DNA from: Chthoniobacteraceae bacterium
GTDB lineage: Bacteria > Verrucomicrobiota > Verrucomicrobiia > Chthoniobacterales > Chthoniobacteraceae
Assembly: GCA_037190965.1 (NCBI GenBank)
Contig: JBBCKI010000070.1
Span: forward strand, 21,375-85,374
Reading direction: 5' to 3'
DNA: 64,000 nt
Of this stretch, positions 19,480 through 29,442 are shown one piece after another. The notes beneath the pieces were generated by a model that searched no databases, was not told the DNA's origin, and was given only the letters and a program-made list of their open reading frames with translations. Each line of letters opens with the position of its first letter. Position 1 is the first letter of the stretch. A program made the position numbers and the translations under genes.

Positions 19480-19508
19480 AGCCCTTTAATGACGTCAGTT
19501 GACGGCAA

Positions 19509-20420
19509 TTACTGCGCCCACTGGAGGGTCGCTCCGCAGTGCGGGCAGGGATTCTGTCCCGGGCTGACGGCGCCGTTACAAACGGGGCAGTTGGTCGTCA
19601 GCGAAACGGAAACCTTACGGGACTGACGGGCACCGGCCACAGTGCCACCGGCACCGGCGTTGAACGCGTCACCGATCTGCACTCCCTGGAGCTCGTCGAA
19701 AGGAATGTCACGGATGAGGGTGTTGACGACGTCGTCGCCATGCACGATCACCATCTGCGAGCGGTTGCGGAAGATGTAGTAGGCGACGAAAGCAGGGATG
19801 GCGATGAAGAGGCCGCTTGCGGTGGCGAGGAGCACCTCACCGATGGAGGAAGCGAGCGCGCGGGGATCCGCGATACCCTTCTGGCCGAGAACCGCGAACG
19901 CGCCCATCATGCCGATAACGGTGCCGAGCAGTCCGATCATCGGAGAGACGACCCCGATCACGGAGAGATAGCTGTTGCGGGTGCGGATCATCGTGGCTTC
20001 GCGCAGGCCGTGTTCGGCGATGGCGTCTTCCACGGCTTCCTTACCACGACCCAGGCGGGAGAGCGCAGCTTTGAGAACGTTGGCCAGATAGTTCTTGTTG
20101 GCGTTGCAGATTTCCCAGGCTTCCTGATAGTTCCCTGCGGAAATGGTGTCCTGAAGAGCGCCGACCAGCGTCGGAGGGGCGATTTTCTCGGGGCGCAGCG
20201 TCAGGATGTTCTGAATCACGAACGTCACCATGGTCACGGAGGTGCCAAGGATCGCGATCCAGATCATGATGATGAGCGGGCCGCCGTGCATGATCGTCTG
20301 CAGGACGGTTTGCTGTTCATGGACGTCGCCGGCAGCTTCTTCCTGGGCAAAGCCATGGACAGCGGAGAGGAGGAAAAGGCCAAGGATGATGGCCGACGGG
20401 AGGAACTTACGGATTTTCAT
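19509..20420 (-). CDS. MotA/TolQ/ExbB proton channel with C-terminal zinc ribbon
   Basis: SPMIGLLGTVIGM...IGEVLLATASGLFIAIP; ends CPVC-X10-CPHC. Confidence 0.9.
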   Translation of the reverse strand: MKIRKFLPSAIILGLFLLSAVHGFAQEEAAGDVHEQQTVLQTIMHGGPLIIMIWIAILGTSVTMVTFVIQNILTLRPEKIAPPTLVGALQDTISAGNYQEAWEICNANKNYLANVLKAALSRLGRGKEAVEDAIAEHGLREATMIRTRNSYLSVIGVVSPMIGLLGTVIGMMGAFAVLGQKGIADPRALASSIGEVLLATASGLFIAIPAFVAYYIFRNRSQMVIVHGDDVVNTLIRDIPFDELQGVQIGDAFNAGAGGTVAGARQSRKVSVSLTTNCPVCNGAVSPGQNPCPHCGATLQWAQ

Positions 20421-20501
20421 GGGAGCAAATCGGGGGTCAAAAACAGCGTGGTAACAGGTATGGGGGTATTAAAATGGATTTTACGAAGAATGGAAGCGGA
20501 T

Positions 20502-21260
20502 TTACGGGACCGCGACGTTGTGGTTTTTGCGAAGGGCGTCCGCCTTCTCCTTCGCACCGGCGACAGCGGCGCTGTCATGATGAAAGAGAGTCACGGTTCG
20601 CAAATAGTTCTCCAGGGCGGCAGGGTAATCCTGCTGCGCCTCTTGAACCTGGGCCAGCAGATAGAAAGCCTGGCTGTAGGTCGAGGCGACCGCGGGGGCG
20701 GGATGCTTCTCCCCCAACGCGCGGGTGGTGATCGGCTCAAGTTTTTCCTTGGCCTTGTCGTAATCTTTCTTGGAGAGCGCGATGCGGGCGAGGCCGACGT
20801 CGCTCTGGGCGGATCCTCCCTGGGCCCCGTAGGTCTTCTGAAAATCGAGATAAGCCGCCTCGGCCTCAGGCAGTTTGTTAAGGGAAACGTAGATATCCCC
20901 CAGCAGGCTGGTGGCCTGTTGCGCCCAGACGGTGGGCAATCCCTTGAATTTGTCGGCCACGGCCTTGATGGGGGCGAGCGCCTTGGCGTAATCCCCGGCG
21001 TCATAGGCGGCCTTGCCGGTTGCAAATTCGGGCGGAGCCGCCATCGTCACAGAATGAATCTGCGCGATCTGGATGCCGATCGTCCCGGCACCGACCTGAA
21101 TATTGACACTCGAACCAGTGACGCCAATGATCTTGCCGTCCTGGGTCCGGTTGTCTTTAGTGATCACCCTGTCCTGCGCGGCGGCCATCGTTGCAAAGGA
21201 CAACGTGAGGCCGAGCGCAAAAATGAGTTGCTGGGAGGAAAAGCTGCGTCTTAGCTTCAT
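20502..21260 (-). CDS. Exported TPR-repeat protein
   Basis: Signal peptide, small beta N-domain, TPR-like helices. Confidence 0.8.
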   Translation of the reverse strand: MKLRRSFSSQQLIFALGLTLSFATMAAAQDRVITKDNRTQDGKIIGVTGSSVNIQVGAGTIGIQIAQIHSVTMAAPPEFATGKAAYDAGDYAKALAPIKAVADKFKGLPTVWAQQATSLLGDIYVSLNKLPEAEAAYLDFQKTYGAQGGSAQSDVGLARIALSKKDYDKAKEKLEPITTRALGEKHPAPAVASTYSQAFYLLAQVQEAQQDYPAALENYLRTVTLFHHDSAAVAGAKEKADALRKNHNVAVP

Positions 21261-21332
21261 TGTTTCAAAAATGAGGCTAAATAAAGCCGTTGTCGAAATC
21301 AACCGCAACCCGCAAACAATTTTTAGTTCCGA

Positions 21333-22856
21333 ATGGTCAATCTGTTTCGAAAATATCAGCAGCCGCTGATGGTCGTGATTACCGTCATGATCATCGTCGC
21401 CTTTGTGTGGATGTACAATACGGCGCAGTTCGACCGGATGGGAGCCGACCGCGCCTACCGGATCTACGGGCGTTCACTCTCCCAGGCGGACATCGAGCGG
21501 GCTGCCCGCCGGTTTCAACTGGCAAGAGCTCTCGGCCTGACGGAACTCATGTACGGCCTTGCCGGGAACGCCCAGAGCGAGGGCCAGGCAGTGGAAAACT
21601 TCGTCTGGAACAGCTTCGTGCTCAGCCACGAGTCAAAGAAACTGGGTATCTCCCCGGTCAACGAGGAGGTGATGGAGGCTCTGAAAAAACTCCCCGCCTT
21701 CCAGACGCACAACCAGTTCGACCCGGTAAAGTATCAGGAGTTCCTTCAGAACATGCTGATGCCCAACGGTTTCACCGACTCTCAGCTTGAGGATCTGGTG
21801 CGCGATTCGCTGCGGCTTAAAAAGCTGATGGCACTCGTGGGAAGCACCGTCGATGCCACCCCGGCGGAATTCCGCGAGCTCTACACCCGCAACAACCAGA
21901 AGACCGACGTCTCGCTGATCCGCTACCAACTGGCCGACTTCGCCGGCGGCGTGGAACCGACCGAGGAGGAGATCAAGAAATTCTACGAGGACCACCTTCC
22001 GTCCCTGAACACCGACGAAAAGCGGACGATCAGTTACGTGGAAATCTCCTTGAGCGATGAGGAAAAGAAACTGACCGGCAAGGACCGGATGGAAGCGTTG
22101 CAGAAACAATCCACCCGCGCTGACGACTTTGGCCAGGCGCTTCTGGCACCGGACGCCACGTTTGCTTCAGCCGCCAAGAAAATGGGGCTGGAGGTGAAAA
22201 CCACGCCTGAGTTCACCGAATCCGACCCGCCCACGGCACTCGCCGCCATCCCGAAAGCCCCGGTGGTCGCCTTCCAGTTGACGGAAGCAGCTCCGGACAG
22301 CAACCCGGTGGAATCCGAACACGGATTGCTGATTCTTCATCTCGACAAGATCGTTCCCAAGCGCCCGCTGACGCTGGAAGAAGCTCGCACCCGGGTGGTG
22401 GAAGGGATCAAGACCGAGCGCGGCCGCAACGCGCTGACGACCAAGGCCAACGAGACGCGCGCGAAGATTGCCGAGGCGCTCAAGACGGGCAAATCGTTTG
22501 CCGACGCGGCTGCCGAAGCGGGTGCGACGGTCGAAGCCTTCCCGGCATTCTCGGCGGCTGAGCCCTCCGACAAGCCTTTTGCCCCGGAAATCGCCGCGCA
22601 AGCGGGTGAACTTCCCGAAGGCGGCTTCAGCGAATTGGTACCGACCTCCGAAGGAGGGCTCCTTATCTATCTCGCCAAGCGGGAACCGGTGGACGAGGCG
22701 AAGCTTGCCGCCGAGCAGGAATCGCAAATGGATGGGCTTCGCGCCTTCAAGCGGTACGCCGCCTTCAACGAATGGCTCCAACTCGCGCTCAAGGAAGCCA
22801 ACCCGCAGAGCGTCGGTAATCGCGCCAAGCAGGAGCAGGAAGGTCAGGAAGGGTAA
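21333..22856 (+). CDS. PpiD/SurA N-terminal-domain membrane-anchored chaperone
   Basis: N-terminal TM, 'FDPVKYQEFL' and 'EEIKKFYE' PpiD-like segments. Confidence 0.75.
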   Translation: MVNLFRKYQQPLMVVITVMIIVAFVWMYNTAQFDRMGADRAYRIYGRSLSQADIERAARRFQLARALGLTELMYGLAGNAQSEGQAVENFVWNSFVLSHESKKLGISPVNEEVMEALKKLPAFQTHNQFDPVKYQEFLQNMLMPNGFTDSQLEDLVRDSLRLKKLMALVGSTVDATPAEFRELYTRNNQKTDVSLIRYQLADFAGGVEPTEEEIKKFYEDHLPSLNTDEKRTISYVEISLSDEEKKLTGKDRMEALQKQSTRADDFGQALLAPDATFASAAKKMGLEVKTTPEFTESDPPTALAAIPKAPVVAFQLTEAAPDSNPVESEHGLLILHLDKIVPKRPLTLEEARTRVVEGIKTERGRNALTTKANETRAKIAEALKTGKSFADAAAEAGATVEAFPAFSAAEPSDKPFAPEIAAQAGELPEGGFSELVPTSEGGLLIYLAKREPVDEAKLAAEQESQMDGLRAFKRYAAFNEWLQLALKEANPQSVGNRAKQEQEGQEG

Positions 22857-22868
22857 GGCCCGGTGCCA

Positions 22869-23213
22869 ATGGAAGAGGATGTCAGCCAGGAAGTTGAGGA
22901 GCTTTTCGATGACGCCAATGGCGATCTCGCCCTTGGCGATCTCGAAAGCGCCGTGGAGAAATACCGGCGCTGCGTAGAGCTGGCCCCCCGGTATTTCGAC
23001 GGCTGGCACGCCCTCGGCATGGCCCTCATGAAAATAGGCCGCTATCCCGAAGCGATCGAAGCGGGGAAGAAAGCCGTGGAGATCAACCCCAACGACCAAC
23101 TGGGATGGTCGAGCCTCTCCCTCTTTTACGTGCGTGACGGCAACATCGCGGAAGCCGAGGCCGCCGGAGCCAAGGCCCGCATTCTCTCCTGGGGAGGCAA
23201 GCTCAAAAGCTGA
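22869..23213 (+). CDS. Small TPR protein
   Basis: TPR pattern WHALGMALMKIGRYPEAIEAGKKAVEINP. Confidence 0.85.
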   Translation: MEEDVSQEVEELFDDANGDLALGDLESAVEKYRRCVELAPRYFDGWHALGMALMKIGRYPEAIEAGKKAVEINPNDQLGWSSLSLFYVRDGNIAEAEAAGAKARILSWGGKLKS

Positions 23214-23273
23214 TCCCCGGGGAGCCACCGGATAGCGGCGCAAGCCCTCTCTCCCATTCAAATTTCCCATCCT

Positions 23274-24827
23274 ATGGCCAAACCTTTTTTCATTACCACC
23301 GCCATCGACTACACCAACGCCGCGCCGCATATCGGGCACGCGTATGAAAAGATCCTCGCCGATGTGATCGCCCGTTATCACCGGCTCAAGGGCGAGCCGG
23401 TTTTCTTTCTCACGGGAGTCGATCAACATGGGCAGAAAGTGCAGCAGACCGCTCAAAAGGAAGGGCTGGCGCCTGCCGATTTCGCCCGCGAAGTGACGAA
23501 AAAGTTCGTCGCTCTTTGGGAAAAACTGGGTGTCTGCTACGAGGAATGGGCGGCGACCACGGATCCCCGCCATAAGGAGGTCGTCCGGCAGATTCTCCAG
23601 CGCCTTTTTGATGCCGGGGAGATCTACAAGGCGAAGCACTCCGGCTTTTACAGTGTCCGGCAGGAACAATTCCTGACCGACAAAGAGCGTGGGCCGGATG
23701 GCGAATTCGGCCCGGAATGGGGCGAAGTCACCGAAATTACGGAGGAGAACTATTACTTCCGGCTCGCGAAGTACCGCGACTGGCTCTTGCAGTATATCGA
23801 CACGCACCCCGGCTACGTGACTCCCGCCTTTCGGCAGGTGGAACTCCGAAACGCGGTCGAAAAACTCTCGGGCGATCTCTGCATCTCCCGCCCGCAAGCG
23901 CGCCTCGCCTGGGGGATCGAGCTCCCCTTTGACGCCGATTACGTCACGTACGTCTGGTTCGACGCGCTCATCAACTACATCAGCTTTGCAGGCTACCTGA
24001 GCGAGGGCGGCGCGGCGGATTTCGAGAGCCGCTGGCCCGCGCTGCATGTTATCGGCAAAGACATTCTCGTCCCCGCGCATGGCGTTTACTGGCCCGCCAT
24101 GCTGCACGCGCTCGGGTTTGGCGACGACGCCATCCCGCCATTGCTGGTGCACGGCTACATCAACATTTCCGGGGCCAAGATGAGCAAGAGCCTCGGGAAT
24201 ATCGTCGATCCCGACGCCCTCGCCGACCGTTACGGCGCGGAAGCCCTCCGCTTTTATCTCATGAGAGAGACAGCCACCGGGCAGGATATGGAGTTCTCCG
24301 AAGAACGCCTGATCCAGCGGTACAACACCGACCTCGCCAACGACCTCGGCAACCTGCTCAACCGCACGCTCAACATGGCGGGGCGGTATCGCGCGGGCGT
24401 GCTCAAGCGCCCTGCCGCCGACACGGAATTCCTCGCGGCCATCCGCGAACAGGCCCGGAGTTACGGGGAACGGCTCGATCAATTCCAGATCCATACCGCT
24501 CTTGAAGCCGCCTGGAACATTGCCGGAAAGTGCAACGCCTACATCGAGAGCGAAGCGCCGTGGAAGCTGGCCAAGGACCCCGCGCAGGCCGAGCGGCTCG
24601 ATGCGGTGCTGTATCACCTGGCCGAAGCCCTCCGCGTGCTCTCCATCCTCATCACTCCCGTGTTGCCCAAGGCGGCGCAGGGAATGCGCGAGCAGCTCAA
24701 TGTTGCGGGAGAGCCTCAACTGGCCGAAGTCTTCGCGGAAGGCGGCGGGCTGCCCGACGGGCATCAACTGGGCGCTCCCACACCATTGTTTCCACGCATC
24801 GAAACCGAGAAAACCCCGCCGAACTGA
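23274..24827 (+). CDS. metG: Methionyl-tRNA synthetase (short form)
   Basis: HIGH, YVWFDALINY, IGKDI, KMSKS. Confidence 0.97.
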   Translation: MAKPFFITTAIDYTNAAPHIGHAYEKILADVIARYHRLKGEPVFFLTGVDQHGQKVQQTAQKEGLAPADFAREVTKKFVALWEKLGVCYEEWAATTDPRHKEVVRQILQRLFDAGEIYKAKHSGFYSVRQEQFLTDKERGPDGEFGPEWGEVTEITEENYYFRLAKYRDWLLQYIDTHPGYVTPAFRQVELRNAVEKLSGDLCISRPQARLAWGIELPFDADYVTYVWFDALINYISFAGYLSEGGAADFESRWPALHVIGKDILVPAHGVYWPAMLHALGFGDDAIPPLLVHGYINISGAKMSKSLGNIVDPDALADRYGAEALRFYLMRETATGQDMEFSEERLIQRYNTDLANDLGNLLNRTLNMAGRYRAGVLKRPAADTEFLAAIREQARSYGERLDQFQIHTALEAAWNIAGKCNAYIESEAPWKLAKDPAQAERLDAVLYHLAEALRVLSILITPVLPKAAQGMREQLNVAGEPQLAEVFAEGGGLPDGHQLGAPTPLFPRIETEKTPPN

Positions 24828-24892
24828 ACGCCATTAACCGCAAGTGATTTCGGATTGAATGCCGCCCCGCAGCCACTCATTATTTCCCACCT

Positions 24893-25957
24893 GTGAAAAC
24901 ACCCCGCGAGCAATATTACGACATCGAACGGATTATTGAATTCGACTTCGTTCGAGCGACCGAACATGCCGCCCTCAACGCCATTCAGTGGCTCGGACGC
25001 GGCGACAAGGAAGCCGCCGATGCGGCCGCCTGCGACGCGATCCGGGGGATGTTTGACCTGATGAACATCTGCGGCGAGGTCGTCATCGGCGAAGGGATCA
25101 AGGACAACGCCCCGGGGATTTTCAAGGGAGAACACCTCGGCACCTGGGCTCCGGGCACGCTTCGGTTCGACCTCGCACTCGACCCGATCGACGGCACAAC
25201 CAACATCGCGAAGGGCGCGGCCAACTCGATTGCCTGTCTCGTCGGCGCGAGTCCCGAGGAGGGCGTGAAGCAGGCTCTCAAGGATATCCCCTCGTTTTAC
25301 ATGATGAAGCTCGCCTACGGCCCCAAGGTGGTGCGCTACATGGAACGCACCGGCGTGGAAACCGTGCATGTAAAAAACGCCGTGGATGAGACGATCATCT
25401 CCGTCGCCCGGGCGCTGCGGAAGCGAATTCAGGACGTTGTCGTCCTCGTCATGGACCGGCCCCGCCATCAGCGGCTGATCGAGGAAATCCGGGCCACCGG
25501 GGCTGCCTTGCGAATGTTCTCCGACGGCGATATTGCCGCGGCCATCGCTCCCTCCATTTACGAGAGCGGCGCGGATCTTTATATGGGCGTGGGCGGCTCT
25601 CCGGAAGCCGTGCTCGCCGCCGCCGCATTGAAGTGCCTCGGGGGCGATCTCCAGGCCATGATGTGGCCGCGCGATGAGGAAGAGCGAAAGTCGATCATCG
25701 AAGCCGGGTATGGCGACGATCTCGGCAAGGTTTTCTACGCCAATGATTTGGCCAATGGCCAGAATATCATGTTCTGCGCCACGGGCATCAGCGACAGCCC
25801 GCTCTTGAAGGGAGTCCAGGTGCGCAATCACACCGCCACCACGCACTCCGTGCTCATGCGCGCGAAGAGCAAGACCGTCCGGCAGATCACCACCCATCAC
25901 GATCTCCGCTCCAAGACGATCTACCTTCGGTCCGACAACCGGGAACACCGGCTGTAG
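24893..25957 (+). CDS. glpX: Class II fructose-1,6-bisphosphatase
   Basis: VVIGEGIKDNAP, DPIDGT, DRPRH, DGD, ATGI. Confidence 0.95.
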   Translation: MKTPREQYYDIERIIEFDFVRATEHAALNAIQWLGRGDKEAADAAACDAIRGMFDLMNICGEVVIGEGIKDNAPGIFKGEHLGTWAPGTLRFDLALDPIDGTTNIAKGAANSIACLVGASPEEGVKQALKDIPSFYMMKLAYGPKVVRYMERTGVETVHVKNAVDETIISVARALRKRIQDVVVLVMDRPRHQRLIEEIRATGAALRMFSDGDIAAAIAPSIYESGADLYMGVGGSPEAVLAAAALKCLGGDLQAMMWPRDEEERKSIIEAGYGDDLGKVFYANDLANGQNIMFCATGISDSPLLKGVQVRNHTATTHSVLMRAKSKTVRQITTHHDLRSKTIYLRSDNREHRL

Positions 25958-26037
25958 GGAGACTGGAAAGACATTTTCCTCACGCCGAGCCTAGTTCTTC
26001 ACTGTTTTCAATGGAATCCAACCGCTCGATGGGGAAG

Positions 26038-26199
26038 CCGGTGCGGCAGCACCGGTAGCCCGCTCGCGCCATCGAGCGCGGGTATCGGCTTCCCTGGCTC
26101 CATAAGGGCCTCATCCCAATCCCAGCAGCCCGTCCTGCGGGGATGGGCGCCAAACTCGACTCTTTATTTATCCCGCGCTCGACGGCGCGAGCGGGCTAC
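26038..26199 (+). repeat. GTAG-type REP doublet (REPIN-like), copy 2
   Basis: GTAGCCCGCTCGCGCCATCGAGCGCGGG (26055-26082) inverted with 26172-26199; lies between convergent glpX and GT9 genes. Confidence 0.88.
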
Positions 26200-26257
26200 C
26201 TTGTATGCTTCGTTTAGTCATCTCGGCTCAACATCTTGCACCAGCTCATCACCGCTT

Positions 26258-27385
26258 TTAGGGTTGCCGGACCGAAACAAGAGTTTCTTCGATCCGCTCC
26301 ATTACCATCTGGGAGGAGAGCGACCCCATGCAGGTATGAGCATGGGGGCAGTCCCGCTTGCGGCGCAGGTTACAGGGAGCGCACGGGACTTTCACCCGGA
26401 CGACGCTGCGCGGCTGTCCGTAGGGGCCGATGTGCAGGGGGTTGGTGGGACCAAAGACGCTAACCACAGGCCTCCCCATCGCCACGGCGTAATGCATCGG
26501 CCCCGAATCATTGGTGACACAGAGGGCCGCGCCTTCGATGAGCGCCCCAAGTTCCCCGATGGTCGTGCGCCCGGAAAAATCGTACGCTCCCGGGCAGGCG
26601 CTCGCGACCAGGGCGCAGCGTTCCCGTTCGGCTGGGCCTCCCGCAAGGACAACCTCGAACCCGCGATCTTTCAGTTCGCGCCCCACCTTTGCAAAACGCA
26701 TGGGATCCCAATGCTTCGTCTCCCACTGGGTTCCGGGAGCCAATACCACATAAGGGTCCCTCGAGACTGAATGGCGCTTGAAGAGAACGCTGACACGCTC
26801 ATACGCCTGGGGCGGAAGATAAACCCGGAGATCCAGCTCCCACGGCTCTGTTTTACCGAAGCCAAGCAATTCGCCCACCCGGAGATACCGGTCGACGGCA
26901 TGAAGGTCGAGCGTCGGCAACGAGAGATGATGCGTGTAGGCAAGCCACGACCCCTCCCGTGCGCCCCGCCATCCGTGCGTCTTGAAAGCGCCCCGAAATG
27001 CCAGGCGCGGAGGCGGGAACCCGACCCGCGTTGCCGCACCTGTAGCCAGCGTAAAGACCGCCGAGCGAAATTGCCCATGGAGATCGATAACCAGGTCGTA
27101 ACGGCCTCGGCGCAATCGGCCCAGCAATTGAAAAATGAGCTTTGACGCGCCCCAGTCGCGCCCGAAGCGACTCAATTCCCCCCGAGGGAAGGAGACAACC
27201 CCCGGCGCGGCCGGATGATGGCTGACAAGCTCGGCGAGTTCGGGCCGAATGAACCAGTCGATCTTCGCGGCCGGAAACCGCTCCCGCAGTTTAACCAGCA
27301 CGGGAAGCGTGTGGATCACGTCGCCAAGAGCCGACGGCTTGATCAGCAGAATCCGCGAAAAATTCTCGCCCGAAATTTCTTTCAC
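26258..27385 (-). CDS. Glycosyltransferase family 9 (LPS heptosyltransferase-like)
   Basis: ILLIKPSALGDVIH, YDLVIDLHG, TNDSGPMH, FGPT. Confidence 0.9.
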   Translation of the reverse strand: MKEISGENFSRILLIKPSALGDVIHTLPVLVKLRERFPAAKIDWFIRPELAELVSHHPAAPGVVSFPRGELSRFGRDWGASKLIFQLLGRLRRGRYDLVIDLHGQFRSAVFTLATGAATRVGFPPPRLAFRGAFKTHGWRGAREGSWLAYTHHLSLPTLDLHAVDRYLRVGELLGFGKTEPWELDLRVYLPPQAYERVSVLFKRHSVSRDPYVVLAPGTQWETKHWDPMRFAKVGRELKDRGFEVVLAGGPAERERCALVASACPGAYDFSGRTTIGELGALIEGAALCVTNDSGPMHYAVAMGRPVVSVFGPTNPLHIGPYGQPRSVVRVKVPCAPCNLRRKRDCPHAHTCMGSLSSQMVMERIEETLVSVRQP

Positions 27386-27540
27386 TAGAGCCTTTTAAGT
27401 AAAAAGTTAGCCGTTGATTTTGCGAGCGCCGTGGGCTGGTGCGCGCTTTTTCAAGCGAAGCGGCTGTATTTTCCCTTACCGCCCGAGCTTGAAGGGCTGC
27501 GCCGCCGAAAAACAATGGCTATAGAATTAATTAAACCGCT

Positions 27541-28200
27541 CTAGGCTTTCTTGGATCTAAAAAGCTTTTTGATCCACGCCGAAAACCGGTGCCGTCGCTG
27601 TTCCCTCGCCACCACGCCCTCATCGAGCACCCAGTTGAACTGGATCACCCGGCGTGGCCCGGCGAACGGCTTATGCCCATGCCAGGAATTCCCGCTCCGG
27701 CGAAATGCCAGCAACGTTCCTTCAAGAGGCGGTACTTCGGCGGCGAAATCTTCAAGATCGGTGCCCGAGCGCAACACGCGCAGTTGCCCCCCCGACTCCT
27801 CCCAGGAGTTGTTCATATAAATCAACACCGTGATGATCTTGGTCGCGGAGTCGGTGTGAATGCGCCCGTCCTTCTGGCTGCATTGCCCGCGCACCGTTGT
27901 CATGGTGGGCCGCCCTTCGAGCGATATCTCGAATTTTTCCTCAAACGCTTTGCGGAAAGGCTCGCTGTTGAGTTCCTCGATCAACTTTGCGAACGCCGGC
28001 CCATAGCGCACTTCGCTCAAGGGGAAACTCCCCGAGCGGCTTACCGCCGGGTAGTCCGCGTTGACACTCTCCCGGGCAAATTCCAGGATAAACCCCGGAA
28101 CAACGAGGTAATCATAAGGGTCGTGCGTAAGAGGTGTCTCCCGGAAGCGTTCCAGGTCGAGGGTGGAAAGAAGGGGTGGGGTGCTAACCTTGGCTACCAT
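27541..28200 (-). CDS. 2OG-Fe(II) oxygenase family protein
   Basis: H-T-D...WHGH...RR facial triad and 2OG-binding Arg. Confidence 0.85.
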   Translation of the reverse strand: MVAKVSTPPLLSTLDLERFRETPLTHDPYDYLVVPGFILEFARESVNADYPAVSRSGSFPLSEVRYGPAFAKLIEELNSEPFRKAFEEKFEISLEGRPTMTTVRGQCSQKDGRIHTDSATKIITVLIYMNNSWEESGGQLRVLRSGTDLEDFAAEVPPLEGTLLAFRRSGNSWHGHKPFAGPRRVIQFNWVLDEGVVAREQRRHRFSAWIKKLFRSKKA

Positions 28201-28286
28201 GCCCCGGGATGATGGTCGCGATCCCCCGGCACAACAACCTGATGGCAGGCTGGCAGTTTCCCTGATAGACCCGTAGCGCATTCTTG

Positions 28287-28314
28287 TTGCGCCGAAAGAG
28301 CGAACCCGTAAGAT
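28287..28314 (+). promoter_or_regulatory. Possible sigma70 promoter for Hpt-RR genes
   Basis: TTGCGC-16 nt-TAAGAT about 30 nt upstream of the Hpt start. Confidence 0.4.
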
Positions 28315-28344
28315 GCACGCGCACCCCCCGCTGGTTCTTCCGTG

Positions 28345-28746
28345 ATGTCCCCTCATTCGAAGCTTATCCCCGATGACTCGCCTCTTGCGAACCTCGATGG
28401 CTTTTTTGCCGCGCTTGGCGAGCTCCCGGTGCTGAACCCCGAGCAAATGGGGATCCTGCGCGAAGAGGAGTTATTGGAGTCATTGACGGTGTTGTTTCTG
28501 GAGATGGCCGGGACCACCATCGACGCCATGGTAGCCGCGTTGGAAGCGGGGGACATCAGGGGGCTCTCCTCCAAGGCGCATTTGCTCAAGGGGAGCGCGG
28601 TGAATTTCGGCGCAGACCGACTGGTTGCGGTCTGCCAGGAAGTCGAGCAATCAGCAGCGCGGCTGAAAGAGCCGACGCTGCAAAAATTGCTCGACGCTGT
28701 TCAAGCCGAATATCAACTTGTCAGGCAGGCTCTCACCGCCGCCTGA
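28345..28746 (+). CDS. Stand-alone Hpt phosphotransfer protein
   Basis: AHLLKGSAVNFGA Hpt motif. Confidence 0.88.
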   Translation: MSPHSKLIPDDSPLANLDGFFAALGELPVLNPEQMGILREEELLESLTVLFLEMAGTTIDAMVAALEAGDIRGLSSKAHLLKGSAVNFGADRLVAVCQEVEQSAARLKEPTLQKLLDAVQAEYQLVRQALTAA

Positions 28747-28777
28747 ACCATCGATCTTTGCTGGGGATATTGCGGAC

Positions 28778-29329
28778 ATGAAAATTATTGTTGCTGAAGA
28801 TGACCCAGTTTCACGCGAGAGACTGAAGAGCACTCTTTCAAAGCTAGGGCATGAAGTGCAGGCATTCCCCAACGGTGGCGAAGCGTGGGAAGCCTACCAG
28901 AGCGGCAAGGCGCGGCTGATCATCAGCGACTGGATGATGCCCGAGATGGACGGTCTCGATCTCTGCCGCGCCATCCGCAAGACCAGTGGGATGGATTACG
29001 TTTACTTCATCCTCGTCACCGCGCTGCGCACCGGCGGCAACGATTACGACCGCGCGGTTCAGGCCGGGGTGGACGACTTCCTGGTCAAACCACTCGATGC
29101 CGACTCCATCTGGCGACGTCTCTTCGTGGCGGAACGGATTCTCAACTACACCGTGACGATCAAGCAACTCAAGGACTTGATCCCGATCTGCATGTACTGC
29201 AAGAAGATCCGCAACGACAGCGACTACTGGCAGAGTATCGAGAATTACTTCCACGAACACACCGGCAGCGACTTCAGCCACGGCATCTGCCCGGATTGTT
29301 ACGACCAGTTTTCGGCGGAATCCAACTAG
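28778..29329 (+). CDS. Response regulator receiver with Cys-rich C-terminal domain
   Basis: AEDD...SDWMMPEMDG...KP receiver; PICMYCKKIR...SHGICPDC tail. Confidence 0.9.
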   Translation: MKIIVAEDDPVSRERLKSTLSKLGHEVQAFPNGGEAWEAYQSGKARLIISDWMMPEMDGLDLCRAIRKTSGMDYVYFILVTALRTGGNDYDRAVQAGVDDFLVKPLDADSIWRRLFVAERILNYTVTIKQLKDLIPICMYCKKIRNDSDYWQSIENYFHEHTGSDFSHGICPDCYDQFSAESN

Positions 29330-29442
29330 GCTTCCGCCTTGCCCTGAACGAAAAATCCGGCGCTCCATGCGCAATTTTCCTTGTTACAAGGTACTGGGCG
29401 TGTTTCACAAATTAAGCGCTCTCACACCTATTCCCGATCCCG

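Noticed and set aside
19539..21254. 571-aa plus-strand ORF
   Set aside because: Antisense shadow of the ExbB and TPR genes; no recognisable motifs.
22167..24767. 866-aa minus-strand ORF
   Set aside because: Antisense shadow of metG and neighbours, expected at high GC.
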